From NCBI GenBank assembly GCA_903821395.1, contig CAIJLJ010000099.1:497-64496 (forward strand): DNA of 64,000 bases, given 5' to 3'. The notes under the pieces are model-generated. The model saw only the letters and a list, made by a program, of their open reading frames with translations, did no database searches and had not been told where the DNA came from. This DNA comes from an uncultured Solirubrobacterales bacterium (GTDB lineage Bacteria > Actinomycetota > Thermoleophilia > Solirubrobacterales > Solirubrobacteraceae). Below are positions 10,027-23,713 of the stretch, piece by piece; the first letter of the stretch is position 1; every line of letters starts with the position of its first letter. A program made the translations under genes and the position numbers.

Positions 10027-10320
10027 GTGGACCTCCACCTGATAAGCCAATTTGCCCAGTCGGGCGTCACGACAGAAGTGGCGCAGAACTATGGACGTCT
10101 GGGCATGAAAGCGATCGCCCTTGGCATCGGCGCCGGTCTCGGCACGATTGGCCCTGGCATCGGCGTCGGATTCATCTTCGGCAAGGTGATCGAATCGGTC
10201 ACCCGTCAGCCTGAGATGAAGGATGAGATCACCTCGATTCAGTGGCTTGGTTTCGCGCTGACAGAGGCGATCGTCTTCTACGCCTTTATCTTCGGCCTCA
10301 TCGCCTTCTTCCTCGGATAA
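10027..10320 (+). CDS. atpE: F0F1 ATP synthase subunit c
   Basis: Hairpin of two helices with the RQPE loop and carboxylate motif FALTEAIVFY. AAGGAG lies 10 nt before GTG 10027. The ~71-aa core begins at ATG 10105. Confidence 0.9.
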   Translation: MDLHLISQFAQSGVTTEVAQNYGRLGMKAIALGIGAGLGTIGPGIGVGFIFGKVIESVTRQPEMKDEITSIQWLGFALTEAIVFYAFIFGLIAFFLG

Positions 10321-10324
10321 GGCG

Positions 10325-10885
10325 ATGCACGCTGTACTAACGCCAATGGCCGCGTCCTCGGGCGGCAGCAGCTTCCTCGTCAGTCCCAACCTGGGACTGA
10401 TGATTTGGACGCTGCTGGCCTTCGGCGTGACCTTGATCGTGCTCAATAAGTTCGCCTTCCCGGCGATCCGTGAGGCGCTCGATAAGCGCGTCAAGATGAT
10501 TGACGACTCGATTGAGGACGCCAAGAAAGCGCGCGAGGAATCTGATGCGCTGCTCGCGGAGTACCGCGAGCGGCTCAAGGATGCCCGCGTTCAGGCTGAC
10601 GAGATTGTCGCCCGGGCGCGCAAGGCTGCCGAGACGCACGAGCATGATTCGAGCGAAGAGGCACGCGCTAAGCGCGCCGAAATGCTCGAACAGACTCGCC
10701 GCGACATAGACGCCGAAACGCGCCGCGCGATCGAAGAGATTCGATCCGAAGTAGCCAACCTCACGGTGCTCGCTACTGAGAAGGTGACCGGTCGCGTTTT
10801 GACCGATGCCGATCAGCAGCGGCTCGTTGACGAGGCGCTCGGCGAGCTCGATTTCTCAGCGATCAGCGGCGAACGGCGGGATTAG
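10325..10885 (+). CDS. atpF: F0F1 ATP synthase subunit b
   Basis: One N-terminal transmembrane helix followed by a long charged coiled-coil. Operon position fits. Confidence 0.88.
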   Translation: MHAVLTPMAASSGGSSFLVSPNLGLMIWTLLAFGVTLIVLNKFAFPAIREALDKRVKMIDDSIEDAKKAREESDALLAEYRERLKDARVQADEIVARARKAAETHEHDSSEEARAKRAEMLEQTRRDIDAETRRAIEEIRSEVANLTVLATEKVTGRVLTDADQQRLVDEALGELDFSAISGERRD

Positions 10886-10890
10886 CCCAG

Positions 10891-11421
10891 ATGGAAGCGA
10901 TCGCCCAGGTCTATTCGCGCTCCCTCTTTGAGGTGGCAAGCGAGCAGAACCATGTCGAGCTTGTGCGCGAGCAGCTAGGCCAGCTGGCCGACGCGCTCGG
11001 CGAGAATGAAGAGCTGAAGCTGTTCTGCTTCTCGCCCTACTTCTCGACTGAGGAGAAGAAGGCCGGGCTGATGAAAGCGATCGACGGCGCTGACCCCGCA
11101 GTCGAGAACTTCCTGATGCTGCTGACTGAGAACCAGCGGCTACCGGTGATCTTCCGCGTCCGCGAAGAGTTCGATCGGCTCTGTGATGAGGCCGACGACC
11201 TGCTCGCCGTGACGATTACTAGCGCCGTGACTCTCGACCCGGCGGTCGTAAACAAGATTGGCGAGCAGATCGGTCGTCAGACCGGCCGCAAGATCGAACT
11301 TGAAGAAGAGGTAGACCCAGAGATCGTTGGCGGCTTCATTGTCCGCGCCGGCGACTCAATTCTTGATGCATCAATCCGCAACCGACTCGAGCAGCTTCGA
11401 ACAGAGGTCGCACGCGCTTAA
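10891..11421 (+). CDS. atpH: F0F1 ATP synthase subunit delta (OSCP)
   Basis: 176 aa. OSCP-like C-terminus (GGFIVRAGDSILDASIRNRLEQL). Operon position fits. Confidence 0.88.
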   Translation: MEAIAQVYSRSLFEVASEQNHVELVREQLGQLADALGENEELKLFCFSPYFSTEEKKAGLMKAIDGADPAVENFLMLLTENQRLPVIFRVREEFDRLCDEADDLLAVTITSAVTLDPAVVNKIGEQIGRQTGRKIELEEEVDPEIVGGFIVRAGDSILDASIRNRLEQLRTEVARA

Positions 11422-11456
11422 TGGCGCGGCGAATCTAAGGAGAACGAAACAAAACC

Positions 11457-13082
<1,626 letters not shown>

Positions 13083-13103
13083 CGCGCGCCGCAATCTCAG
13101 CAC

Positions 13104-15430
<2,327 letters not shown>

Positions 15431-15438
15431 CAGCCAGC

Positions 15439-15849
15439 ATGGCCCGTACTCCGTTCCAAGTAGAGGTGTTGACGCCCGAAGGGCCGATCTTCAGCGGTGA
15501 GGTTGAGATGGTTTCGACCCGCACCGAGGTCGGCTCGATCGGCATCTTGGCGAACCACACGCCGCTGCTCGGAATGCTCGCCCCAGCGGAGCTGAAGCTC
15601 TACATCTCAGAGAGCGAGATCGTCAGCTTCGCCCAAGGCGAGGGCTACATCCAGGTTGCCGACAACCACGCGCTGGTGCTGGTTGAAGAGGCGATCAAGC
15701 CTGATGAGCTAGTGCGTGAGGATCTTCAGGCCCAGATCGATGCTGCTGAAGCGGCTATCGCGGAATCTGAGCCTCACACCGAAGCACAGAAGAAAGCGCT
15801 GCGCGATCAGCGCCGCGCGAAGATCTTCTTCGGCATTCTCGAAGCGTAG
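15439..15849 (+). CDS. atpC: F0F1 ATP synthase subunit epsilon
   Basis: 136 aa with a beta-sandwich N-terminus and helical C-terminus. Last gene of the operon. Confidence 0.9.
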   Translation: MARTPFQVEVLTPEGPIFSGEVEMVSTRTEVGSIGILANHTPLLGMLAPAELKLYISESEIVSFAQGEGYIQVADNHALVLVEEAIKPDELVREDLQAQIDAAEAAIAESEPHTEAQKKALRDQRRAKIFFGILEA

Positions 15850-15856
15850 GCGCGGA

Positions 15857-16969
15857 TCAGTCGGCTGAGAGGCCGTAGCTTGCGGCGGCGGCCGTCAGCT
15901 CGTCTAGGCCGAAAGCTTGTACGGGCCCAAGCGCCCCCGACGCGCTAACGCTGCCAGCAGCCACCTGCTCGGCGCCCCAAGCTAGGAACGCCGCCGTTAG
16001 GTCGTAGCCGTTAGGGCCATTGAGGCGGACAGAGCTGAGCTCCTTGCCGGCGCGGTCGTAGGTGACGGCACAGATGATCGAGCGCGAGCCGGCGCGGGCC
16101 GCCGCGTCTGGGCCGCCGGTTGAGCCGGTGACGAACTTCGAGCTGAGCGCGCTCAGGCCGGCGCGGACCCCGGGGATCTTCGTGACAGCCGCACCGCCGG
16201 CCGAAAAGATTTGCATCGGCTTCGTCATCGGTCCAAACCAGGCGAGGTAGACGCCAACGTCTTGGAGCGTCGGGTCGATGTGGGGGAGGCCGAAGTGTTC
16301 GCTTCCGCCGATCGAGACGCCGTCAGCGCTGTGGCCTTGGCCGGTGTCGAAACTGCGGATCTCTTTTGCGCCCCGCTCCGTCACTAGCCTGCCGCCGCGC
16401 CAAGCAAACGAAGGCTCGAACGCGACTCCAGCGGCGCTTGCGCGAGTCCCTCCGCTCATCCCTGAGGTCGAGCCGCCCCCCTCATTCTCCCAGCAGTAGC
16501 CGATCTCGACGCGGTGAGCCGCGGCGCCAGCCTCACGCAGCGCTATGGCGCCGGCGAGGTTTCCGGGGACGTAGTCGTACCCCATCGCTGTTAGTAGGAC
16601 TGTCCCCTCCGCGTGGGCGCGGGGGCCAGCTTGCTCGAAGACTCGGCGGATGAATGGCCCTTCTCCGGTTGAGTCGAGGTAGTGGGCGCCAGCGCTAAGA
16701 GCCGCGTCGAGCGCTGGCTGACCGAAGCGCATGAATGGGCCGACGGTGCTGACCAAGACATCACCCTTCTCTACAAGGGCGTGCACGCTGGCTGGGTTTT
16801 CAACGTCGGCGAGCTTTATCTCTAGGCCGCCCAGTTCGGTCGCCAGCGCTTCTAACGGCTCGCGCCGCCGGCCGGCGAGTACCGGCGTCATGCCGCGCGC
16901 GACCATTTCGCGGGCCGTCAGGTCGCCGGTGTAGCCGCTGGCACCAAAGAGAACGATTCGTGAGCTCAT
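15857..16969 (-). CDS. saccharopine dehydrogenase-like NAD(P)-binding oxidoreductase
   Basis: N-terminal Rossmann motif IVLFGASGYTGDL. 370 aa. Confidence 0.65.
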   Translation of the reverse strand: MSSRIVLFGASGYTGDLTAREMVARGMTPVLAGRRREPLEALATELGGLEIKLADVENPASVHALVEKGDVLVSTVGPFMRFGQPALDAALSAGAHYLDSTGEGPFIRRVFEQAGPRAHAEGTVLLTAMGYDYVPGNLAGAIALREAGAAAHRVEIGYCWENEGGGSTSGMSGGTRASAAGVAFEPSFAWRGGRLVTERGAKEIRSFDTGQGHSADGVSIGGSEHFGLPHIDPTLQDVGVYLAWFGPMTKPMQIFSAGGAAVTKIPGVRAGLSALSSKFVTGSTGGPDAAARAGSRSIICAVTYDRAGKELSSVRLNGPNGYDLTAAFLAWGAEQVAAGSVSASGALGPVQAFGLDELTAAAASYGLSAD

Positions 16970-16994
16970 AGGCGGGACTCTATCCTCAGTAGCG

Positions 16995-18113
16995 ATGGAC
17001 GAGCTCGCCCTTGCCGAACGGCTAATCGCTTACGACACCTCGAAAGAGGACGGTCTGCGGGCCGCCGCGGAATTCGTCAAAGGCTGGCTTGAGACGCGCG
17101 AGGTGCGGGTCACTAGTCGCGACCACGAAGGCTTGCCGGTGATCATCGCCGACGCCGGTCCTTCGGATGGGCCGCTTGTCGTGCTCCATGGCCACCTAGA
17201 TGTCGTGCCAGCCTTTGCTGAGCAGTTTGTGCCGCGCGTCGAAGGCGACCGCTTAATTGGGCGTGGCTCATACGACATGAAGGGAGCGCTCGCGGCGTTG
17301 ATCTGCGCCGTTCATGACGCGACGCTTCAAGATGCAGTGCGCGTTCGCTTGATCTGTGTTCCCGATGAGGAGTCGGAGAACGTCGAGAACCGCTCTACAG
17401 ACGTGCTCGTGAAGGAGGGAATCGATGCTGACTTTGCGATCACTGGCGAGCCGACCAACCTTCACATCGGCGTTCAGGCGAAGGGTGTTCTTGCTCTGCG
17501 ACTCGAGGTGGTCGGAACGGCAGCGCACGGTTCGACGCCATGGCTGGGCGACAACGCGATCCTGAAGGCCCACGATCTCTACCGGCGGATCGAGACGTTG
17601 CCGTTTAGCCGCCAGTCATCCGATCTCTTCGACCGTCCGTCGATCAACCTCGCGAGAGTCACCGGCGGCGACGCCTTCAACAAGGTTCCTGACCGCTGCC
17701 TAATTGACGTTGACATTCGCTACTTGCCGGGCCAGGACCCTGAATTGATTCTGGAACAGATTTCACGGATCGATGATTTGACTGTTGTTCGTAAGTTTCA
17801 CCGCGTTCCGGCGATCGTGTCGCGTCAAGACCCGTACGTACTTGCGCTACGAGCAGCGGTGAGCACGGTTCGCGACGGTGAGGCCCTCTCGATCGGCCGC
17901 GACGGCGCCTCCGACGCGATCTCATTCCTTGAGGCTGGGATTCCAGCGGTCGAATTTGGTCCCGAAGGTGGCGGCCATCACGGCCCCGATGAGTGGGTAT
18001 CCGTTAACTCGTTGGCGCGCTACCGCGAAGCGTTGCGGGTGTTTATCGGTGGACTACCGACCTATCTAGCCGAGCCCGGCGCAAGGCCAACTCTCCGCGC
18101 CGTTGAGGGTTAG
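16995..18113 (+). CDS. M20 family metallopeptidase (ArgE/DapE-like deacylase)
   Basis: Motifs HGHLDVVP, GRGSYDMKG, CVPDEESEN, AHGSTPWLG. Confidence 0.8.
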   Translation: MDELALAERLIAYDTSKEDGLRAAAEFVKGWLETREVRVTSRDHEGLPVIIADAGPSDGPLVVLHGHLDVVPAFAEQFVPRVEGDRLIGRGSYDMKGALAALICAVHDATLQDAVRVRLICVPDEESENVENRSTDVLVKEGIDADFAITGEPTNLHIGVQAKGVLALRLEVVGTAAHGSTPWLGDNAILKAHDLYRRIETLPFSRQSSDLFDRPSINLARVTGGDAFNKVPDRCLIDVDIRYLPGQDPELILEQISRIDDLTVVRKFHRVPAIVSRQDPYVLALRAAVSTVRDGEALSIGRDGASDAISFLEAGIPAVEFGPEGGGHHGPDEWVSVNSLARYREALRVFIGGLPTYLAEPGARPTLRAVEG

Positions 18114-18184
18114 GAGCTCAATTCCAGCGGCGAGTGTGGCTCCAGCGGGCGTCCTCGCTAGGCTCCTTGAGGAGTATTTAGACC

Positions 18185-19693
18185 GTGACTACCGATCCCA
18201 ACAAGCCACCGCGGCCAGGCCGCGGTGTGCTCAAAAAAGGCGCCCTAGCGGGCCTCCTAATCATCCTGCTGACCGCGGCAACGGTCTCCTCTGCCGCTCT
18301 GCTCGAAGTTGACCAGTTGGTCAACATTGTGCGAGCCGAAGGCCAGACGATCCCTGGCGTCGCCAACGCGCTCGACAACGTCGATGGCGGCGGCCCGCAG
18401 ACGATCCTCGTGATCGGTTCCGATGCTCGCTGGGCCGACCACAACGCCAAGGGCTCGGCCCGCTCGGACACGCTGATTCTGGTCCGTCTAGATCCCAATC
18501 AGTCGGCTACGGCAGTGATGTCGATCCCGCGTGACCTCAAGGTTGCGATCCCTGGTTACGGCAGCGACAAGATCAACGCTGCCTACTCGATCGGCGGTCC
18601 CAAGCTGACGCTGAAGACTGTCCGTGACCTACTCGGAATCAAGATCAACCACATTGTTGAGCTCAACTTTGATGGCTTCACCAGGGCGGTCAATCGCTTG
18701 GGATGCGTTTACGTCGACGTAGACCACCGCTATTTCCACTCCAACGCGGGGCTGCCTCCGAGCTTGCAATACGCCGAGATCGACATCCTGCCCGGCTACC
18801 AGATGCTCTGCGGGCAGAAAGCACTTGATTTTGTCCGTTTCCGCCACGCAGACTCTGACTTTGTCCGCTCGGCGCGTCAGCAAGATTTCCTCAGGCAGGC
18901 AAAAAGCCAGTTCTCAATTTCTTCAATTCTGGGCGATCGAACCGAGCTTGTAAAAATCTTCGCTCGCTACACGCGCACCGATGTGCGCTCCAACGACTCG
19001 ATCCTGCAGCTACTCAAGCTTGCCTTCCTCTCGTCAAAGAATCCGATCCGCGAAATTCACTTCCCAGCCACCGACATCCCTGGCGGCACATACCTGGGGG
19101 TCTCGCCGACGGCGCTTCAGCAGAGCGTGAGTGACTTTGAGACGCCACAGCCGATCAAGACCACGAGCAACTCATCGAAGAAGAAGAAGAGCGGGAAGTC
19201 GGGCAAGAAGAAATCAAATAGCTCAGGCGCACTTCCGGCCGGGGTCGTCGCCGCGAGGTCAGAAGGCGAAGCGCAGGCAATCTCAGCGGCCGCAAAGGTC
19301 GCGATGCCGGTCTATTACCCCGCTGTCCGCCTCGCGAATGGCGGATACAGCTCAGGCGAGCCAAAGTACCCGGCAACGCGCGCCTACCACATCCTCGATC
19401 GCGAGAAGAAGTCTTACGCTGCCTACCGAATGGTGCTGTCGACCGGCGAAGCGGGCCAGTACTACGGCATTCAGGGAATGACTTGGAAGACCCCGCCGCT
19501 GCTCGACGGTCCGAGTGAGGCGATTCAGATGCGTGGCCGCACCTACCAGATCTACTACGACGGTGGCCGCGTCAGGCTCGTCGCGTGGCGCTCGCCGCAC
19601 GGCGTGTATTGGGTATCGAACAGCCTTTCGCAGACACTCTCTTACGATCAGATGCTCGCCATCGCTGGCTCGCTCACACTGCTTGGCAGCTGA
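18185..19693 (+). CDS. LytR-CpsA-Psr (LCP) family cell-wall glycopolymer transferase
   Basis: Transmembrane anchor, then ILVIGSDAR, RSDTLILVRLDP, SIPRDL. Lys/Ser-rich linker and an extra C-terminal domain. Confidence 0.85.
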   Translation: MTTDPNKPPRPGRGVLKKGALAGLLIILLTAATVSSAALLEVDQLVNIVRAEGQTIPGVANALDNVDGGGPQTILVIGSDARWADHNAKGSARSDTLILVRLDPNQSATAVMSIPRDLKVAIPGYGSDKINAAYSIGGPKLTLKTVRDLLGIKINHIVELNFDGFTRAVNRLGCVYVDVDHRYFHSNAGLPPSLQYAEIDILPGYQMLCGQKALDFVRFRHADSDFVRSARQQDFLRQAKSQFSISSILGDRTELVKIFARYTRTDVRSNDSILQLLKLAFLSSKNPIREIHFPATDIPGGTYLGVSPTALQQSVSDFETPQPIKTTSNSSKKKKSGKSGKKKSNSSGALPAGVVAARSEGEAQAISAAAKVAMPVYYPAVRLANGGYSSGEPKYPATRAYHILDREKKSYAAYRMVLSTGEAGQYYGIQGMTWKTPPLLDGPSEAIQMRGRTYQIYYDGGRVRLVAWRSPHGVYWVSNSLSQTLSYDQMLAIAGSLTLLGS

Positions 19694-19739
19694 TCCCCGT
19701 GCTTGAGGGCTCGACGCCGCTACCCTTCGCCGCTCACTA

Positions 19740-21059
19740 ATGGGCGACTCTAAACGTGAAGCAATTGGGGTAATTGGCACCGGCTATGTCGGACTTTGCA
19801 CGGCCGTAGGCTTTGCCGAGCTCGGCAGCGAGGCCTGGTGCGTGGACATCGACGAGGACAAGATCGCCGGCCTTCAGCGCGGCGAAGTCCCGATTCACGA
19901 GCCTGGGCTGGCGGAGGCGATCGAGCGCAACCGCGAGCGGCTTCACTTCTCGACCGATCTTGGCGAGGCGCTCAGCCAGACAAGGCTCCTGTTTGTCGCC
20001 GTAGGGACGCCGCCAACGCATTCCGGCGACGCAGATCTCAGCGCCGTTCACGCGGTTGTCGCGGCAATGCCGCCGTCCGATAATCACGCGCTGGTTATGA
20101 AGTCGACCGTGCCGGTAGGGACAGGGGCCGCGATCGAGCGGATCTTCGCCGAGCAGGGTAAGGAAGGCTTCAGCTACGTCTCGTGCCCGGAGTTCCTGAA
20201 GGAGGGAACCGCGCTAGCCGATTTCCTCGATCCAGACCGGGTTGTGATTGGCGATGACGGAGGGTGGGCTGGAGATGCGGTAGCCGATCTCTACCGTCCG
20301 CTGCTCACAGCCGAGCACGGTGGCACTGGGCGCAGCGAATTGGTCCGCACAGACGTTGCGAGCGCTGAGATGGTCAAACTCGCTGCGAACGCTTTTCTGG
20401 CGACGAAGATCTCGTTCATCAACGAGATTGCCAACGTCTGCGAAGAGACCGGCGCCGACGTCACTGAGGTTGCACGCGGGATGGGGCTCGATCAGCGGAT
20501 TGGGCCGAAGTTCCTCCAGCCGGGCATCGGCTTCGGCGGCAGTTGTTTCCCGAAGGATGTGAGCGCGCTCAAGCAGCTCGCTGGCAACAGCGGCTACCAC
20601 TTCCAGCTGCTCGGCGCCGTGATCGAAGTCAACGAGCTCCAGAAGCGCCGCGTGATCGGCAAACTTGAAAAGCACCTTGGCTCGCTGGTCGGCAAGCGCG
20701 TCGCACTGCTTGGGGTTGCGTTCAAACCGAACACCGATGACATGCGTGAAGCGTCGTCGCTGGTTCTTGCCGCGCGGCTGCAGGCAGCTGGCGCAACAGT
20801 CACTGCCTACGATCCGATTGCCCAGGCGGCGGCAGCGGAATTGATGCCGGGAGTTGAGTTTGCGGGCGACGCGCTGAGCGCCGTTAGTGGCGCTGACGCG
20901 GTCGTTCTCGTGACTGAGTGGGATGAGTTCGCGTTGCTTGATCTCGCTTCGGTCGCCAACGAGATGGCAGGGGATGTCTTGATCGATGGACGAAATCTTT
21001 TTGACCCCAATGTCGCGACCGCCGCGGGCCTTCGCTACGAGGGCGTCGGCCGCGGTTAA
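19740..21059 (+). CDS. ugd: UDP-glucose 6-dehydrogenase
   Basis: Rossmann motif IGTGYVGL and catalytic Cys motif GFGGSCFPKD. Confidence 0.92.
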   Translation: MGDSKREAIGVIGTGYVGLCTAVGFAELGSEAWCVDIDEDKIAGLQRGEVPIHEPGLAEAIERNRERLHFSTDLGEALSQTRLLFVAVGTPPTHSGDADLSAVHAVVAAMPPSDNHALVMKSTVPVGTGAAIERIFAEQGKEGFSYVSCPEFLKEGTALADFLDPDRVVIGDDGGWAGDAVADLYRPLLTAEHGGTGRSELVRTDVASAEMVKLAANAFLATKISFINEIANVCEETGADVTEVARGMGLDQRIGPKFLQPGIGFGGSCFPKDVSALKQLAGNSGYHFQLLGAVIEVNELQKRRVIGKLEKHLGSLVGKRVALLGVAFKPNTDDMREASSLVLAARLQAAGATVTAYDPIAQAAAAELMPGVEFAGDALSAVSGADAVVLVTEWDEFALLDLASVANEMAGDVLIDGRNLFDPNVATAAGLRYEGVGRG

Positions 21060-21062
21060 GCG

Positions 21063-22151
21063 ATGCGCGCCGTAATTCTCGTCGGCGGCGAGGGCACCCG
21101 TCTGAGGCCGCTGACCTCTGAGCTGCCGAAGCCAGCCGTCAAGTTGGTTGATCGGCCGATGATGGCCTACATGCTCGAGTGGCTCGCCACAAACGGCATT
21201 GCCGAGGTCGTGATGGCCTGCGGCTTCAAGCCCGACGCGATGCGCGAAGCGCTCGGCGATGGCGGCCGCTTCGGGCTGCAGATCAGCTACGTGACCGAAG
21301 ACGAACCGCTCGGCACGGGCGGGGCTTTGCGCTTTGCTGACGAGCAGCTACCGGACGGTCTCGGAGAGCGCTTCGTTATGTGCAATGGTGACATTCTGAC
21401 CGACCTTGATCTCGCCGGGCAAATTAAGCGGCACCGCGAGCTTGGGGCACAAGCAACGCTTTCGCTAGTCCCGGTCGCCGACCCGTCGAGCTTTGGCCTC
21501 GTACGGATTTCCGATGACGGTGAGGTGCTCGGTTTCCTTGAGAAGCCTGACCCGAGCGAGATAGACACCGACCTGATCAGTGCCGGCGCGTATGTATTGG
21601 AGCGCAGCGTGCTCGACCTAATTGAGCCGGGGCGAGCTGTTTCGATTGAGCGCGAGGTTTGGCCCGAACTGGTTGGCGAGGGCCTTTACGCGGTTGCTGA
21701 CCGTGATGCCTACTGGCTCGACATTGGGACTCCGGACCGCTATCTAAAAGCGACCGCTGACATCCTCAGCGGATCCGTCACGAGCGAAGCTGGCGCGCGC
21801 CTTGACGAGCGTGGGCTGGCCGTCGGTGAGGGCTGCACAATTGAGGGCACGCTGGTCGGCCCATCGGTTCTTGGCGATGGCTGCACGGTTGCCGCTGGAG
21901 CCACGGTTGGCCCCGGAGCCGCGCTCGGTGATCGAGTCGAGGTCGAGGCGGGCGCGAGTATCGAAGCCTCCGCCGTACTTGATGACTGCCGCGTTGGCGC
22001 CGGAGCGTTGATTCACGATGCGATTCTTTCGCCAGCGGCAGCTATTGGTGCCGACGCCCGCGTTAGTGAGCTCTCCGTCGTTGGTCCGCGCGTGCAGGTT
22101 GCGCCAGGGGCCGCCGTGGGCGCCGGCGAGAAGCTCTTCGCCGACGACTGA
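21063..22151 (+). CDS. NDP-sugar pyrophosphorylase (mannose-1-phosphate guanylyltransferase-like)
   Basis: LVGGEGTRLRPLT motif. C-terminal hexapeptide-repeat (left-handed beta-helix) region. Confidence 0.8.
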   Translation: MRAVILVGGEGTRLRPLTSELPKPAVKLVDRPMMAYMLEWLATNGIAEVVMACGFKPDAMREALGDGGRFGLQISYVTEDEPLGTGGALRFADEQLPDGLGERFVMCNGDILTDLDLAGQIKRHRELGAQATLSLVPVADPSSFGLVRISDDGEVLGFLEKPDPSEIDTDLISAGAYVLERSVLDLIEPGRAVSIEREVWPELVGEGLYAVADRDAYWLDIGTPDRYLKATADILSGSVTSEAGARLDERGLAVGEGCTIEGTLVGPSVLGDGCTVAAGATVGPGAALGDRVEVEAGASIEASAVLDDCRVGAGALIHDAILSPAAAIGADARVSELSVVGPRVQVAPGAAVGAGEKLFADD

Positions 22152-22190
22152 TTCGACCCGGACGGCATTAGCTGAGCCGCTCCGCCAAAC

Positions 22191-23276
22191 TTGGAACTCA
22201 AGATGTCAGCCGATCAACCAAACAAGCAGCCGCTCGATCGCGCCGCAGTAGCGAAGGTTGACCCGAGCGACCAGATTGCCGATGTTCTGTCGCTGCCAGA
22301 CCAGCTTCGCGATGCGCTCTTCAAGGTTGCTTCGGCCGAGCTTCCGCAGGTTGACTCGCCCGGCGGCTTGCTCGTTGCCGGCATGGGTGGATCAGGAATC
22401 GGCGGACGGCTCGCGCGAGGGATTCTCGGCGACCAGGCATCACGGCCGATCCTCAGCGCTGCCGGCTACTCACTGCCCGGCTGGACGACGTCCGAGACGA
22501 CGGTGCTCTGCGCCAGCTATTCAGGCGAGACTGAAGAGACCCTGGCCTGCTTTGAAGCGGCGGGCATCATCGGCACCAACCGCGTAGTTGTAACCACTGG
22601 CGGCACGCTGGCGCAGGCCGCGCGAGCTGAAGGCGTGCCGGTCATTCCAGTTGCTGGCGGGCTGCAGCCGCGCGCCGCTGTTGCGTACATGACAGTTGCC
22701 GCGCTCGAGGTTGCCGCCGCCTGCGGAGCGGGGCCGCGCCTGACAACCGAAGTTGACGTCGCAGCAGGCCACCTCGAGCAGCTAGCGGGGGAGTGGGGGC
22801 CGGATTCGGATGAGGACTCGTTGGCGAAGAGCCTTGCGCGTTCGATCCACGGCACGATTCCCGTGATCGCTGGCTACGGGCTGACCGAAGCCGTCGCGAG
22901 CCGCTGGAAAACACAGGTCAACGAGAATGCAAACCAGCTCGCCTTCGCATCGGTCCTGCCGGAGCTCGATCACAACGAGATCGTCGGTTGGGGTTCGGCC
23001 GGCGACTTTGGCCGTTTCAGCGCCGTCTTCTTTCAAGACAGCGATGACCCTCAGCGGATCACGCGGCGAATCGAACTGACGCGCTCGCTGATCGAAGCCG
23101 ATGGCGGATCGGTCCAGGTTGTCAGCTCGTTGGGGCAAACAGCGGTCGAGCGCGCGTTCTCCTTGGTCCTGCTCGGCGATCTCTTCTCAACCTACTTGGC
23201 CGTCTGCAACGATCAAGATCCAGCCGATATCGCTGTAATTACCGCGCTGAAGAAGGGTCTCGCCGAGCCCGAGTAG
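22191..23276 (+). CDS. SIS-domain bifunctional phosphoglucose/phosphomannose isomerase-like protein
   Basis: SIS motifs (VAGMGGSGIGG, CASYSGETEET). TTG start at 22191, or ATG at 22203. Confidence 0.7.
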   Translation: MELKMSADQPNKQPLDRAAVAKVDPSDQIADVLSLPDQLRDALFKVASAELPQVDSPGGLLVAGMGGSGIGGRLARGILGDQASRPILSAAGYSLPGWTTSETTVLCASYSGETEETLACFEAAGIIGTNRVVVTTGGTLAQAARAEGVPVIPVAGGLQPRAAVAYMTVAALEVAAACGAGPRLTTEVDVAAGHLEQLAGEWGPDSDEDSLAKSLARSIHGTIPVIAGYGLTEAVASRWKTQVNENANQLAFASVLPELDHNEIVGWGSAGDFGRFSAVFFQDSDDPQRITRRIELTRSLIEADGGSVQVVSSLGQTAVERAFSLVLLGDLFSTYLAVCNDQDPADIAVITALKKGLAEPE

Positions 23277-23297
23277 CGCCTGCAGGCCAAATAGAGC

Positions 23298-23325
23298 CAA
23301 CCTTGACACAGCTTTGATAAGGTTG
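23298..23325. promoter_or_regulatory. inverted repeat CAACCTT-N14-AAGGTTG overlapping an extended -10-like TGATAAGGT, just upstream of the MerR gene
   Basis: Read directly from the sequence: arms at 23298-23304 and 23319-23325, TGATAAGGT at 23315-23323, ATG at 23333. There is no SD. Confidence 0.4.
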
Positions 23326-23332
23326 ACTCTCA

Positions 23333-23713
23333 ATGGAAGCGCTAACAATCCACGAAGCGGCCGAAACAACCGGCTGGACGCCGCGAATGCTGCGCTACAT
23401 CGAGCGCATCGGCCTGATCGAGCCCGCCCGTACAGAGTCCGGCTATCGCCAGTATGGGGCTGGCGAACTGCAAAGGCTGTGCACACTGCGTGAGCTGCTG
23501 GCCGAGCACGAGATTGGCCTCGGCGACGTTGCCTTCGCGCTGAGGCTGCGCCGCGATGAGGCGCTTAGTGGGGCAGTTGACAGCTGGCTGGAAGCCGAGC
23601 CGCAGCGCCCCGAAACCGTATCTGCTGATGAATGGCTGCGCTGGGAGCAGGAGAAGCACGCCCGCATCATCGCCGCCTTGACAACCAACGAAACAATGGA
23701 GACAGCTGCCTGA
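23333..23713 (+). CDS. MerR family transcriptional regulator
   Basis: N-terminal [41 protein letters not shown]. Its stop overlaps the ahcY start (TGATG... ATGA at 23711-23715). Confidence 0.8.
   Translation: MEALTIHEAAETTGWTPRMLRYIERIGLIEPARTESGYRQYGAGELQRLCTLRELLAEHEIGLGDVAFALRLRRDEALSGAVDSWLEAEPQRPETVSADEWLRWEQEKHARIIAALTTNETMETAA

Noticed and set aside
23277-23712. SAH riboswitch upstream of ahcY.
   Set aside because: ahcY is translationally coupled to the MerR gene (overlapping stop/start), so there is no leader in which a riboswitch could sit.
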